Positions 36,301 through 51,730 of a stretch of DNA of 64,000 bases are shown one piece after another. A program made the position numbers and the translations under genes. A model generated the notes under the pieces. It saw only the letters and a list, made by a program, of their open reading frames with translations. It had not been told where the DNA came from and did not search any database. Position 1 is the first letter of the stretch, and each line of letters opens with the position of its first letter. The DNA is taken from positions 2,407,434 through 2,471,433 of the forward strand of contig NW_003526944.1 in NCBI RefSeq assembly GCF_000181795.1, read 5' to 3'. The stretch comes from Trichinella spiralis. Lineage: Eukaryota.

Positions 36301-39300
36301 ATGTGGTTGCTCGGCACACTGGAGCCGTATTTGTTCCAAGCTAACACTACGGCCAAATATTCCACAGACGGTTGCAAGGTGGTTATCACAATTGAAGTAT
36401 CGGTAGTGTTGTGCTGAAAGGGAATAAAAATTCGTTTGCAAAAAAAGAAGCATCATACTTGAAAAAAAAATTAATTCCCATAAAGAGAAAGCAAATGACA
36501 AAAAAGTGGAGAGGAAAATTTATAATTACTTCAGAATAGATGCGTGAATTTTCTGAAATGATCACTTCGTAATGTTCCAACGGTACCGACTGTTCCGGTG
36601 GATCCCACGTCAATTTCACCCAATTGTGATTTTCTTCAAGTAGACGCAGGTTGGTCGGCGGACCGGGTAGTCTCACTGCAAACACAACAAGCTTCACTAA
36701 AAGCTACCAATACCACGAATAAATTCTTACAAACGCCGTGCATGCTGCATTTGGCTATGGAAGTTACGTGCTTGACACAAGAGAAATGCTGACTGCCAAT
36801 GTATTTCACTGGACCGTAGCAGAAATCTAAACACTGATCAGGCACGTCCGCTTCGATGCAACATGGCCGATGATCTCGTCCGTCTGAAAAATAACGAATC
36901 ACACACGTTCAGCAGCATCGGCAACAACGACAACAACATACCGCCAGCACAGTCTACTATTGTTTTGATATCTTTTATACACTGAGAACCCAAATTGAAC
37001 ATATCCGCCACAGATACGTTGTAGCTGCACAAAGTTAAGCAGTTCTGCTCGACACCTTTCAACTGACAACATTCGGTGATATTTTTGACCGGAATGTGAA
37101 AATCCGGACGGACAAACTCTTCTGAAATAAAACTTTTCCCGCTCAGAAAAAACAAACAAAACAACAACAAAAAAAACTCATTTTACCACTGGGGCAGCAA
37201 TAACCGGAAGAATCATCCAAATCCGCGTCCGTGCAAACAAAATACGCTGGACAATCGATCAATTTGTCACACTTGACCACCTCGCCATAGGGACCGCGCA
37301 ACGGCATGCCGGATTCGCAAAAATTGAATTCTAAAAATAGACGTTGATTGTGATCGTAAAAATTTTTATTCTTCTTCTTCAACATACCTTTGGAACCTGT
37401 AAAAAAGTCGATTACTGTAGACTTCAAACTAGTGCCGTGCCTTGTGTGTGCCAAAACGTAAACGCTAACGACGGAATTCGGTTCCAAATCGATCAACTCG
37501 TAGGGACTAATAGCGTGCTTGATCTTAAAAACCAACCAACTGTGTAAATTGATCAATCGAAATCATTTTGCTATTGTGAAAAAGAAAGTTTTACACGTCA
37601 ACGCAAAACAATACCCCTATGCACTGTGTTTGCTATGGAAATCAATTATATTATCAATTAACAATTCCTTATCGCTCATAAATATCGGATAATAAATAGT
37701 AAGTCGCACATTTCCCAGCACACCACGTCATTACAGAATGAATAAGAGAAAAAAAACACGTTTCAACGTACTTCGTCGTATTGCTTGTTGACACTATCTC
37801 GGACAAACAACGAATAGCTCTGCACATCGTCGGCATTGGTAACTGGAGGATCCCAAGTGATTATAGCCGAAAACGGGCCCTGTTTCTGAACGGTGACATT
37901 CTGCGGCGGCGATGGATGAGTGACTGAAAACCAATCCCAATTTGAACGATGACTTATGGAAATTTTCATAATCGACTTACTGTAGCCTTCGCGCAAGCAC
38001 GAATAGATCGCGTGCATGTCCAAACTCAAACAGAGCACACTGGTGAGACCAAGATCCGAAGCGGTGCCGTCGCAAAGTTTCAAACATTCACCGCCGACGC
38101 CCTTCTGCTTGCAACAGGCGGTGTGATTTCGACCATCTGAAGAAGAAGAAGAAGAAGAAATTATTGTTGGAAAAGTTTAGCAAATTGCAAATAATACACA
38201 GCCACGCCCAAGGCCCACCACCCACTCACCGGCCAGACAAGGGGCCACGTCGGCAAATTCGCTGCGGCATGTGACGGCAATGCTGAAAGCGCTGAACGCC
38301 AGAGGAACTTCGTTCAAATCGCACAACTTGTTAATGCATTCGGGCGAGACCAAATTTCGCTTGCAGCAGCCGTAAACATCGGGCAAACTGCTGTTCGAGT
38401 AGACAACTGAAACAGAAATGAAAAAAAACAAACAGAATTTTTGCATATCTCATCATGGATTCCATTTTTCAACGCTCACCTGCCTCCGTAGCAGCGGTCT
38501 GCTTGGATGTGGGCAAGCTGACACCGAAACTGTTGCTGGCCGTCGCAAAGACCAAATAATGCGTCGAAGCTTTCAAATTTTCAATTACCGCGCAAGTATC
38601 AGTTGTATTCACCTGCAAGCAACACAATTTGGACCACAAACATCACATTCACATATATATATATATATATACCTCATTGAATTTGTATTCACGGACGTCA
38701 GTTTCGTTGGTCAACAAATTGTGCGTCATAATCAGTAGTGATTGTCGTTTTTCACGGTGATGCAGAGCGGTGGAATCGGAGAAACGATCCGAAACATCGG
38801 CTGAATTGAAAGGATTAGCTCTGACCGTGGACAACGGCGAACCGTCCACCTCGTCACCTTCCCCAGTCAAAAATGGGATGCTTAATGAAAATCGATTAAT
38901 TAAAAAATGCAAAAAAACAAAACAAAACTTACCCACCGCCGAGGAACGGAAACCGTGGAACCTCTTGATACCGGACAGTGTAAAAATCGACCGTATCTGC
39001 ACGAATACGAGGCGGCTGCCAGCAAGCCATCAGTGCAGACGAATTGATGGCGTTGACGGTCAATTTTTCGGGGGGTCCGGGAAACGGTACTGCAAGAAAA
39101 AAAATACCAAATACAATTAAAATTTCATTGTACGTGTTACAAAAAGTTGGATGAAAATAAAGCAGTTGTTGAAAACTCACGATATGCTCTTTCGTAGCAG
39201 TCGAAAATTTCAGGCATCCAATAAATACAGAATTGATTTGACCGTTTCGCTTCTGTCATCTGACCGTGGCAAAATTCCCAACAAAATACTGGGACGAAGT

Positions 39301-41497
39301 TAATTCTGCAGCAATGGACGTGACTGACGTTGCCTTGAAACGCAATAATAAATAATAATAATAATAATGGATAAATTTGTGTTCGTAGATGGGAACTTTA
39401 CTGATCAAAAATATGCTCACCTCCTTCTGTGACACAGGAGAGCAATTTTTCATATTCATCTTCGCATGCAACCGGGTCGAATTTGTGCAATTCAATCATG
39501 CTCGGCTTGCAAAGTGGGAGACATTGCGATCGGACGCCCATCTTTTCGCAGCATTCTGAAAATCGGCAAAGTTGTAAAAATTGTACAGAAAAGAGAGAAA
39601 AAATGGCATCGTATAACGCGCGTACCCGAATGATCGAACGTGTAAAATCGTTTCGATGGAAGCAAACCGTACTCTGAAAAATAACAACAAATCATTAATA
39701 ATTGAAATGAATGAAATTTTAAATTTGAAATGGATCATCAGTAGTTCACCTAAAATTTCCAAATCCATTTCAACATCATTCGAACCGGTCATCTGACAAC
39801 GATAAGTGCCAGTATCTTCGTAAGTGAGATTTGTCAAAACTAAAGTGTAATCTTCCGACTCTGAAAACAAGCGACAAAATTTTACATCCATTGATTAAAC
39901 AACATTGATTGAAAATAGCTCAATTCACCACAAGCGCAACAGGAATTTTCCAAACAGTACAAACCAGGAGCACAGAAAGGACCATCAGAATAGCAAGTAT
40001 CATTGCAATCTGAAATTGGATATATATTTTAAAAAAAAGAAAAATTATCGAATAACCTTTAACAATTTATATTTTATTAAGAAAAAAAAATAATAATAAC
40101 CCTTCGTATGATCTAACGTAATGCCGTGACGAATGTATGCTCTCCCGTCGTAGCCGAAAACATCGGTTCCTTCAGCAATGAGCTTGTTGTCTTTGTACCA
40201 TTTGACCTGACAATGGAAAGGTGAAATTGAATTAAAATTTACATTAAATTTATTCAGCAATTGGTAGGTAAAAAAAAGGATAAATTTCCAAATTGTTTCG
40301 CTTCAAAAGTTAACAATATAATTAAAAATTGGTCATTCGACAAATCAATACAATTTATTAGTGCGCTTGCTCGTGTTGGTGCAATACTACTGTGGAATAA
40401 CTTGAACATTTCGCTCGTAATTATCGATCCAAGTCATCTTAAGCAGTGGAATTAATTGCTGGTAGAAATGAGATTTTAAAAAGGGAAAAGAGAGGGAATA
40501 AATAAAAAACACAAGAAACAGAAACATCTGCACAGCTGCAGTGTACTATATTTATATATATATCGGCTGTCAGCAGATAGATTTTTTTTTCTCTTCAGAT
40601 ACGAAAATGATAAAACATATAAAGCCAACAACAACAGTTGGTGCTTGATTGGTAAAATAAATATAAAAAGGATGGAAAAAAGAAAATTACCCCTCGAAAA
40701 GTGCAATCAATTCTCCAAGTAATAAGCAAAACTTATTTTTCTTATCCTACATCTATAATCTGACTGAATGACAACAGCTGTTTGTAGTACATGTGCGCCG
40801 CGTGATTCTGAAGAGCGTTGAAAAAAGAAAACTATTTTTGCCTAATAAATAAAAATAATCAAATTCTCATAGCAAAAAAAATCCAATTTACTTGATTGAA
40901 TTATCGGAATCGAATAAATTACTAGTCGATGAAAGCACCACACCAGTGTTGCCAAAAAGAAAAGAAAAAAAGAAATTAATTTCAATATAAAAATGACAAT
41001 ATGAAAATTATTCAAAAAGTGGAACCGGACTTGCATAATTATAAAAAGCATTCGAGATTCTAATTTGAGCAAAGAAAAAAAAATCTGATAAGACACCAAA
41101 TGAAAAAAATTGTTGCACAAATGGAATTTGGCATCGCAAGATGGGATCGATGGCAGCTGTTTCAAATTGAAACAGACGATAATTTTCTCTTTGCAAAATT
41201 GCAACAAAACAAAAGAAAATTGACAACATTTATGATTCATAATTTTTGCAATATTTTTCGAAAAATAAAAAACAAAAAAAAACAGAAAATTACCGTTCTA
41301 TTTTTCGACACGCAAGTGTTCGCGTAACATTCCAGTTCAGTTCCAAAACCCGATACGGCCCTGATGTATGAATCTTCAGGAGACAAAACCATCGGCGTGT
41401 TTCCACTGCTCGAGTGCCGGTTCCCTTCGGCCAGCCGGACAGTTGCAAAACCCGCACTCAGAAGCGTTACCGATACGGTCAGCAATGCGACATTCAT
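33385..41497 (-). CDS. Type I membrane protein with Ig, fibronectin type III and cysteine-rich DB modules (IGDB-like)
   Basis: Signal peptide MNVALLTVSVTLLSAGFATVRLA; Ig motif LTNLTYEDTGTYRC; repeated DB modules (DGRDHRPCCIEADVPDQCLDFC, DGMDHRSCC...VPNKCLAYC); FN3 starts PGPPTNLRL, PSPPQNVTV; TM helix, cytoplasmic AFENPGY; last exon ends MRYTRFR-TGA. Confidence 0.88.
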
Positions 41498-42514
41498 CGC
41501 GCCTAAAAAAGGAAATGTATTTTTTATACAGAAAAAAATTTTAATTTTCAGAAATGTAAAATAAGAAAATTTCACGTCAAACAAAAGAAAAATGTTTGTA
41601 AAGTTCAAAAATGGAAAAAATATACATATATTTGAAAGGTTAGCAAAATTTCAACGACCAGAAAGAAGACGATGAATATTAAGAAAATATTCAAAAAAAA
41701 AGAAGATAAATTCTTCTACATATGCATCCATCTCGATATTTTTATGCGTGTGCGCAGATTGTGCATGGGGAAATTTCAATTTTTCGTTGGCCCTCTTTCT
41801 GGCCAATTGGAAGAAAGCAAACAGCAAGCAACTGGTACAACTGAAATGCTGCTCACGTGTGAAACATGGATACGCCAAAGGCAAAAGCTCTGCGCGGTCA
41901 TTTTCATTTTATTTAACAGCCTGAATTGAGAAACTTCCATTCGAAAAATAAAAATCAAACATCCAATTAGACAAAAATTTGCCCAATACTAATATTGAAA
42001 TCGAATGTCAAGTGGAAAATTTTTCAACAAACAAGCAAAAATTTATAAAATATTATGCAGCATCCAACTAACGCGAAAACAGTGAAGAAAAAGCACAATT
42101 ATGAACACTGACACCGTATAATTAAGCAGAAAAAAAAACTGCATACAATTGATCAGACAGGAATAGTAATAATAATTATCACTAGTTTTCATTTTCCAAA
42201 CCTGACTGACTGCTGGGTGAAAAGTGATTTCTGCCAAAAAAAATCTGCATTTCATGCACGATTTATGAAACGAAGCAAATCATTAATAATAATTTTAAAA
42301 ATATGAAAAAATTTTCATTTTTTTTCAAAACTGCCTTTGATTCCAAGCAAAAAGCTATTGACATGCTCAAATTGGCGAAAAATTTTCAACCAGTTTGGAC
42401 AATTCACAACTTTGCAATAAGCCATTTGTGAATTGGTGACCAGTGAAAAATTATCCTCCACCAATAATCAAAATAATTAATAAACTAGCACAAAGCAAAA
42501 ATATAAATGCAAAA

Positions 42515-42541
42515 AACAACAACAACAACAACAACAACAAC
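42515..42541. repeat. (AAC)n microsatellite
   Basis: Visible run of about nine aac units. Confidence 0.85.
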
Positions 42542-44621
42542 ATTACATCTCTGCAGAAACAAGATTATATAATTTCAACAGTGGACGAGAATACTATAAC
42601 GACTGGATGAAATGGAAAAATAAATATATATAAATATGAAATAAAATTTGCAAAATCAAGGTCATCACAGTTGTCATTTTCGAAACCGCTCCTTGTCTGC
42701 AGTTGAAATGGATGATAAAGCGGCAACACTGCTCGATAAATAAATATATATAACAGCAGCTCACAACAACAACAACACAATGCACCAACCAGATCATGTT
42801 GATAAATTTGCATAATAAATAGCAACATTTGGTTGGAAGCGGAAGCGTGAAAAAAGTTGGCAAATTTCTGAGCGGTCGAATTGGCGACGGAAAACAGAAA
42901 GAAAAATAGTAAAAGAGAAGAAAGAAACTGTTTGCGGGAATGATGGAAATGCGCAACGCTTGAAAATCAATTGTGCAACAACGATGAATATGAATAACGA
43001 CGCTGCAGCGGCAATTAATGTCGGTTGGCAAGGAAACCAACCGAAATAAAAAATATGAAGAAAAGCTCATCAAAAGCGAAAGCTTATTCACCACCACTCA
43101 CCACGCCCATCCGGTTCTACTACAATCTGAGCTTGTAGGGAAAAAATAATAATAAGAACAAGAAGAACAAGGAACAAAAATTATAATAAAACAATAAATG
43201 AACGTCAATAATAGAAATAACGACAACAACACTGGACGAGAATAACCGTGCGAATTGTCTGCAGAAAGTTCAAAATTAATAAAACGAACCATTTGATTTA
43301 TTGAATTAATAATAATAATAATATCTATTTCGAAATCAAAAACTGCACTTCTCAAAAGTTGACCTGTTTTCAACACTGTATCATCATCGCAGGGAATAGG
43401 TTACTTATAAATCGATTTGCAAGTGAATAAAAAGAGAACATATATCATACATAATAATGACAGCAGACAATCATTTATTGAATCATGTATTTACAACAAT
43501 TATACGAATTATATACGAATAAAAAAAATTTGCATGCTTTAAAACCGTCGATAGCACGGAAATGCTTTTCGCCAAGTGTCAAGCAAATATTAGAAAAGGA
43601 AAAGAAAACAATGAACATTGTGTGCAAACTTTCGTATATACTTATCCAATGAAAAATCATTTCGAAATTTACAATTAACAAAAGTGAAAAGTAATGACAG
43701 CAACCAATCGAACGAACGTTCACCAACCACAATTCTCTTCAAGCAAAAGAAAAATCAAATATTCCATTTTCAACAAATGAATATCAACATATACACCAAG
43801 TATTTAATAACATTACCGAAATTATTTTTCTATTCCATTTTTCTATAGATTGCAAAATACAAGCCAATTGCTGACAACCAATTGAAAATGGATGATGCAA
43901 ATTTGGAAAGTGAACGTGCAAAAGCATGCATAAAAAACAAATGCAAAAATTAAAAAATTTCCCACAAAAAAATAGAATTAATTAAATTTATGGTATTAAA
44001 ATTTTAAAACGACAAAATTGAACAGTTAACAATTCACCACCAATCGTCCACAAAAACTGCCATCAGCAGCAGCGGCAGCGGCGGCGGCATAATACATAGC
44101 AGTACAATGAAGGAGCATTGTTTAATGAAAATTAAAACGAAAACAACAATCAACTGGCTTTACAGGTTGGCATGGAAGAAAAATTGCCATTGTTTTTGTG
44201 TAGCAAGTGTTGTGAATTTCATTTTCAATCAACCAGTTTCAAATAATAAATCGAATTCAAGGTAAAATGCCTGCTGCCTACACGTTATAAAGTTAAACCA
44301 GTTAAACAGTTGAGAGAACTATCGATGCCATCCATAGTTGACTGAACTAAGCAATATGCCAAAAAAAAGTGTAGATGTAAAAATTTTCAAAATAATTTAA
44401 AAAAAAACAAAATTAATTCCAAAATGTTCAAATAAATGATAAATATATTTTGTAAAGCATTTCAGTTTTGTGCAAAGCAAAATTGAAATGGAACAATGCA
44501 AATAATGCGATCATATCTGCAAATATTAAATTAAAATAGTTGAACCAACGCAGTACCGACCACATCATTTCAGTGAAGTAGGGCGGAACTGGTCAAATTA
44601 ATTGTCAACCTGAGCGCTGCT

Positions 44622-44642
44622 AACACACACACACACACACAC
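44622..44642. repeat. (AC)n microsatellite
   Basis: About ten ac units. Confidence 0.85.
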
Positions 44643-46297
44643 CTTCGTCCATCGTTTGAATATTTACTCTTCAAAAATTTCACTAACGATGCCAACCAGT
44701 TGTCATAGAAATAAGCAGACGCGAATGGAACTTGTTTTCACCGTTGACACGAAGGAAACTTTTCAAACATAAAAAGCGTACATATACATCACCGAACATC
44801 GTGCAATTTCATTGCATAAAATATTCATACAACAAGAGAAAACTAGCTAATCGACACTGAAAATAGGAAAAACAATATGCGATGTTAAAAAATAAAATAA
44901 ATTTCTATTGACGACGGAAATTATACTAGCTTAAAGTTTCATAAATTTTCAAACAATTCAAATTTTCATTATCACATGTCATAACAAAATTGAATTTGTC
45001 ACTGATCATTTCCATATATTACAGTAAGAAAGAACTTTGTGATAAATTTCCAAATTCGATTGATTAATTAACGACAACTGCACATTTGCCTGGCAACTGG
45101 TTCAAGATGACAATTAAAACAATCACACTTCGTAATTTGAAAACCATACAAAACAAAAACAAAATGCAAATAGTGGAAAAGAAATTTTTCTAATAATTAC
45201 AAACGAATAATCTGATTTTGACAATTTGCCATTTCTCAAAATTCAACTTCTTCAACAAAATCTACCTCAAATAAACACTGCTTTTCTTGCAAATTAATAA
45301 TCGTTGAAATCAAGCACCGCAACATAAATGATTGAAACGGAAACTTCAATTATAAGAAAACATTCATACCTTGTAAAAACTTACAGTTGCTTCACTTCTT
45401 TTGTCTTTTCGTATAAGAAACCAAAAAATATACTGCGCTATGATGCATCAGCTAATATCTTTGGAAAGTGCAATTAAAAGTTTTTCTAATTTCAAAAAGT
45501 AGTTTTCGCCGCAACTAACATTCAGAATGCAATTTTACTGTAGGTCAAATGAACAAGCAAGTTTATATTTTTTAAAATACCCTACAGTACACCACATCTA
45601 CCTACTTATGGTAAGTAAACATTTCGGATTTTGTAAATTTTGCGTTAAAATTTAACAAATTGAAAAAACTGTAAAATATAATTACAATTTTTTAATGAAA
45701 ACTTTGTTTAAAAGAAATTCAAATCAAGAAGTTTTCATCAAAACTGCTTTAATCAGTAATTTATAAATTAAAAAAATTATTTTATAATTAATAATTTTAA
45801 AATGCATAAAGTAATTAGATTATTTTATTTTTTCTATTTCAAAAGTTAATTTACAAAAAACTAAAATTTTTTGAAGCTGATTTGCAGCAACTTTTCAATT
45901 AATGATTCATTATTTTTTAATAATTTTTAGGAAAATATTTGATGCTATTTTATTTTCGAGAAAAAGATTTAATATAGATAGATATGCAGGCTTCTAAATT
46001 CATCACATTAATTTTACAATAGTTCATCTGCTGCTGCATTGAACCTACTTTTTCCTTTATAACATTCAACAAGTACTATTTGCTCATTTTCTCGTGTGTC
46101 GTATTGTTTGCTATACTTTTCAGCAGTACATTACTAAAGTGATTCACGAAAAGCGGACAGTATGAATTTTGTTTAAATTACGCTGTTCACTTACTGATGT
46201 AGACATCAGAGGGCTATACAGCACATAGTGTTGTTATTTATGTGAATAAGGAAATATTTATTTAATTATTTATTTAGGAGAATTTTGTAGAAGAATC

Positions 46298-49200
46298 ATG
46301 GTCAGTTGTGGAAATAGCGATTTAAATCGCTTATTGACTGTTATTAAATCAACGGATATCACAGCTTCAAATGATGCCTGTTCCACTTTGAAAAGCATTA
46401 TCAATAATGGTATGAATTTTTACTTTTATTTCAACCGGCTTTTCATTGAATGAAAAAAATTAGGAGATGGCATTATTTTGGAAATCTGTTTTAACGATTA
46501 TTTGAAAAATCGATGCAAATCCACTTTAGACGTAATAACTTCCGTGAAAGAGCCAGTGGATAAAGTATCAGTAGAGCGCAAGTGAATTGTTAACAATCTG
46601 TAATTCATGTTAGTATTTAGGCTTTGCTTGAGTGTATGTCGTCTGTTTTGAAAACGCATCCCTTCACAATTTTGGATATTTTGTTCATGATCGTGAAAAA
46701 ATCTCCAGTGTGGATGCAGCGCTTTCCAGAAAGCTCATTTTTTAATAATTTGACAAAGTTTGTTAAAGTAAATTTTCAAACATTATAAAATATGCTTTCA
46801 CGTGTTGCATTCGTTTTCTTTCTGAAGCAAACCAACGACATTACTTTTGCAACTGGTGCCCTATACGTGTTGGCTAGTTTGGTGCCCCTGCTTCCAAGTT
46901 TAAGCTCACATCTTAACACACTTTTTAACATATTCACGGCAGCAGCTAAACTGCTACACAAACATCAAAGTGAGACTCGAAATATTTTCAAATTAACTTA
47001 TTTAAGGTAACTCCTTCTAGACACCTGCGTTGAAGGGCCTTTACAAAAGGCTGTAATGACTTATTGCCATAGCCTGTACGGTTTGTATCCTTGCAATTTC
47101 ATAAGTTATATGCGTTCTCAGTTTGTTGCACAATCTCCGAATTCATCTCAGCAATCACTGTTTACGAAAGTTATGAGAGTGAGCAACTCACATTGTAATG
47201 TTGGTTGTTTTGTGAATTATGTTTATTTTCAGCCCATACTGAAAACAATTACCCTGCATCCGCTCATGATTACAAGCACAAAAGCTGCCGAAACAATTAA
47301 AGACAGGTAATCTGCAATGGTTTCAAACGTGTAAAAACTGTAAAAAAGTATTTCAATGCAACTGATTACAATTATTCTAATTTTTAACCTGAAAAAAAAA
47401 TTAACTTTCATTTTTCTTAAACACAACCGATTTTCTTTAAATTATTTTGAAGTACATCGTTCTACAGTAAGAATTAGAAAGATTTTCAAGTAACTGTCAA
47501 AGGGTAGTTTCCTGTTGATTGAATAATTCATGTTATACTTTATTTTGGTAACTATGTTGCCTGAAAATGAAAAAAAATGTAGTTGGTTGAACTAAATGAA
47601 AGTGTGCGCGGAAAACTGAAATTGCATGCGAAGTTTCAATTTCTAGATGGATAAATAAAGAACCACACGACTGTTTTATCGAAAGCGCGGACGTGATTGT
47701 CCATCGTATGGATGATTCGACGTGTGATGGCATTTCTGCGGAAGGGGCAGCTACTTCTAACGAGAGCACGCAGAGAACATTTGAAAATTCAACAGACAGT
47801 GTCACCACGCCGTCGATTACCCATGGACTGCATTACAGGAGCAATGGGGGAAATTTGCCGAGACCGAGACATTCAACTGGGCCTTGTTTTGAGGAAGTCA
47901 TCTGTTTCGATGGGGAGTTGGCAATTAGCCACGAGAATACGCCAAGACTGCGTTGCCAAACCACGCCTAGATCTGAGCAGGAATTGTTGGTCAAGAGACA
48001 GAAGGCAGTGAAACAGTCCAAGAAGTTTTGGAACAAAACCATGGACACTTCGACATGCACAGCTACAGGCTCTTCGCTTCCTTGCACGCCGACGGGTCTG
48101 GGTTCCAGTGGCAGCTTTTCGTTCGGTTTCAACAATGACGACTGTGCCGGGACCAGTCATTCTTCAGCTGTTCAAACTTCACAGCCGCAGCTGAATCCAC
48201 GAAGAAGCTTCGGTAGTTCCATTTCCAAGCTGTTCCGACTGCCCCAACAAATGAGACCCCGCTCGCAAACCACAACTGTTATCCGTACGGCTATTGTGAG
48301 AAAAACTACCCCTCAAGGGGACAGTACCCCTCAAGGAGAGTTCACTTTTCCAAATGTTATTCAACTAAATGAACGAGATGCCGACGCGGTGGCGTTGCTG
48401 AAAAAAGCCGGTACTGAGCCAACTGAAATTGCCGAAGAGGCAAATGAAGAAGACTGCGTACCGGAACTGGCACAGCTCAACGTGGCCAGTGGTCAGCTGA
48501 CCAAAGAACCAAACATCATCACCGCCGAATTGCCGCACTGTTCGTCGATCAGCAGCTCAACTGGGCACGTGTTTTCTGGCAAATCATCCTCTTTCTTCGG
48601 TCCCCCTCATCGTATGCACAGCACTACCAGTGCCGGACAGCAGCAGCAGCAACAACAACAACAACAGCAACAGCAACAGCAACAACAAGTACGGAAACAG
48701 ACCCAGCTGACAAGTTGGAACTGTCCAGCATTGGATTCTGCCGTAACGACCACACGCTCGTCGTTGTTGGCCAAAGCCGAACAGGCAAAGAACCAACACA
48801 AAGCTGAGAAACGGATGCACAAAGATTTTATGCAAAAACGTTTCTCATCATCTTGCCCAAATTTGACTGCCATCACTGGTGACAAGACGGCCATGAACAG
48901 CGCAGTGTTGAAAACCCTTTGTTCCATGTCGCTTTTTTTCCCAGGATTTTCTCCCCAGTTCATTGAACAACAACAACTACTACTACAGCAGCAGCAACAG
49001 CTTGAAATCAACAACAAAGTTGGTGAGAAAGGAAGCGTCTTTTACATTCACATCGGCAATTCATTATCCTCATTTAGTATTTCAAATTTAAAATTCGTAT
49101 ATTTCGTTTAGATGCAATCAGAAAATTGCAGTTAGCCGAAGAAAAGTATATTGATTTGAGTGTTCAATTACATTTGAAGATCATCCAGCGTTCATCGAAC

Positions 49201-50590
49201 GTAGAGAAAAAATCTCCTGATGTAGTTGCACAAAACAGCGGTGAAACAGAAAACTCAGATGAACTGGATGATATATCAATCTTGAAGACGAAAGCAGAAC
49301 TGCTTGAATGTGAACTGGAGTTGGAACGATGCCGTCGAGAACAACATGCTGAGCGAAATCGTCATCTACACGGTAAAGCACTGGAAATGTTTGTTCTTAG
49401 CAATCAGTCGTTTCATTTAAAAATTCCCTTGATCTCACTTGGATTCTATTCTTCACTTCTTAATTACTATTATATATTTTGTTATTTTCTCAGAACGGAT
49501 CAAACATATGACCTCAATAGAACAGCATTTACAAAGCAAAATGATACAGGTGCGTTGGTTATTTCACGAACGTTCCATGATCAACGAGTGCGTGACTAAG
49601 TTGGAGGATGAAGCTTCACGCAATAGAGATGCGTTTGCAGAAAAAGAAAAAACATGGTTGAAGAAATACAGTCAACTGAAACAGGTATGCATCTGTGAAC
49701 CACGCCTGAGTCATGCACATAACATAATTAATTGCTTCTTGTTTGAGGAAAATCAAATATTAAAAAATGACATTGAGCTGATCAAGCGCAAGATAAGTTC
49801 AATTGATGAAAAGAAGCGGAAGCTTATTCAACAGTTGGAAAGTTCAAAACAAGAGTTGAAAGAGAAACAGCTGCAAGCAGTCGAATGCGAAACGACTGCC
49901 CAGTCGAGTGTCATGCGGGAGAAAGGTTTGCTCTTGACAGTGCAGAAATTGCAAGATCGAATTTCCAATCTGACCGAACAGTGCACCGAAGCAGCAAACA
50001 TAGAATGTGAACTGCTTAAAAGTAAAAAGCGACTAGCCGATGCTGAATGCATCGCCGAACAGCAGAAAAAGCAAATTGACCAACTGGAAGAGGAACCTGG
50101 CAGATTGAGTGAAAAGCACAAGGCTGCGTTGGATGAAGCGGACGCTCTACGCTTGCAGATAGCTGAAAAAGACCGATGTATTGAAGACCTGAGACTTCAG
50201 CTTGCCAAGCGACGCGAACTCCACTGCGAAAAGATCGGCGATATGCGTAAGAAGTGCACAGAATTGTGCAATGTTTCCATCAAAAAGGAATGGCAGATTT
50301 TGGATTTGCACAAACGATTCGCCATGGCGAATATAGATCGCAGAGCCGCTACCGCTTCTACCTCTACTTCTTCTTCAAGCAGTAAAGCTGATCGTGCCCG
50401 TAATTTGATATTCATTCCTCAAAGAATGGCCAGATTTCCAGAAAGCATCTTTCCAGAATACAGTTTCGATGACGACACGGACAGTACGACCGATTTGCTC
50501 TCTACTTTATCGAAATTGACAGCCGAATTCAAAAATATTCCCCCACCTGCTGGTGCTGCTGCTGCTGAAAGAAGCGATTCTTTCCACTGA
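46298..50590 (+). CDS. TSC1: Hamartin (tuberous sclerosis 1), multi-exon
   Basis: HSLYGLYPCNFISYMRSQF, ITLHPLMITSTKAAETIKDR/WINKEPHDCFIE match hamartin [47 protein letters not shown]; long disordered middle; ERCRREQHAERNRHL and a C-terminal coiled coil. Confidence 0.9.
48638..48688 (+). repeat. CAG/CAA repeat encoding a ~17-residue polyglutamine tract in TSC1
   Basis: cagcagcagcagcaacaacaa... within ORF 47693-49111. Confidence 0.9.
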
Positions 50591-50848
50591 ATTCAAAGCT
50601 GACATATTTACCTCTTCATACTCACATATGCATACAGCGAGTTTTTACTGAATAAAATCAAATGTGTTCCCGCTATTTATTTACCGTATTTCAGTTCAGA
50701 AAGGAACCAGCTTAGAAAGGAACTCTCTCATTCGATGAAAAATTCCAAAAGAGCATCAAAATTTTGAAAGCCTTGCTGACTCATTAAAAATATAACTGAA
50801 AAAAATAACTCACAATGCTAGTAGATGCTTCGGCGCCTTTTTCAGGTC

Positions 50849-51730
50849 TTATTTATTCTTAATCTGTCGAACGCGATCGTGAATGTCAGCTTCACCTACA
50901 TCATCATCATTAATCCGATTTCCGCTTTGTGACGCCTCATCACGCTCAGTATCAGTATCATCTAGTAGATCGGGAAAAAGCCGCCAAAAATAACTACTGC
51001 TAAATATAACAATAATAACACAATTTATAAATGGATAAATGAAAAAGAAGTACCCCAGTAATGAATATCGTGTATTATCTTCCAGACGTTGGAAGAGCAC
51101 CATATGCGATAGTCTTCCTTCATTTTCACATAAAAATGGACTTCGTGGTTGCCAAGGTGGCACGCACATCCGTACTGTCTTCCAATTGAAGTAGTTCATT
51201 TCTATTTTACCTGCTCAACCACCAGTTCCAACAATCGTCATTGATAGTCATCTGTCTTGATTTTCACCTTGTCCCTATAGTATTACAAGTGCTCAACAAC
51301 AGTTCCAACGTTTCTGTTTGAATAAAATAACTTTTTAGATTATAAAATTACAAATAATCAGAATACTTACACGTCCAGTATTGCGTATAATTCCACCGCG
51401 ATATAAATCTGGCCAAAAATCAACAATACCGCAGGCATCGCAAATTATTCCTAAATACAACAGCGTACAAAATTAAATGATCAACAATACCAAACTGTTC
51501 GATAAAAAATATAAATGAATATTAATTACTATTACGTCAATAGTGTACTGAAATAATTTTTCTTTGACAAAAAACATAATACACTACTTCAATCAATACT
51601 GTAATATTGATGATAATTAAGATCTATTTTATTTGTACTGTAAATTTAAGTAAATCTCATCATTGTCAAAAGCTTTGCTGGACACAGGCGCATAACTATC
51701 TAATAATGTCTACGTTGAAATATTATCCAT
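50849..51730 (-). other. Possible small spliced gene or decayed gene, product unknown
   Basis: Exon-like blocks with AG/GT ends (51450-51371, from 51313, 51000-50849); I could not build one clean long reading frame. Confidence 0.3.

Noticed and set aside
40476..45400. Many short Phe/Ile/Leu-rich ORFs
   Set aside because: Expected from A/T-skewed intronic and upstream sequence of the Ig/FN3/DB gene.
48607..49017. Poly-cysteine ORF on the minus strand
   Set aside because: Antisense translation of the TSC1 CAG/CAA repeat.
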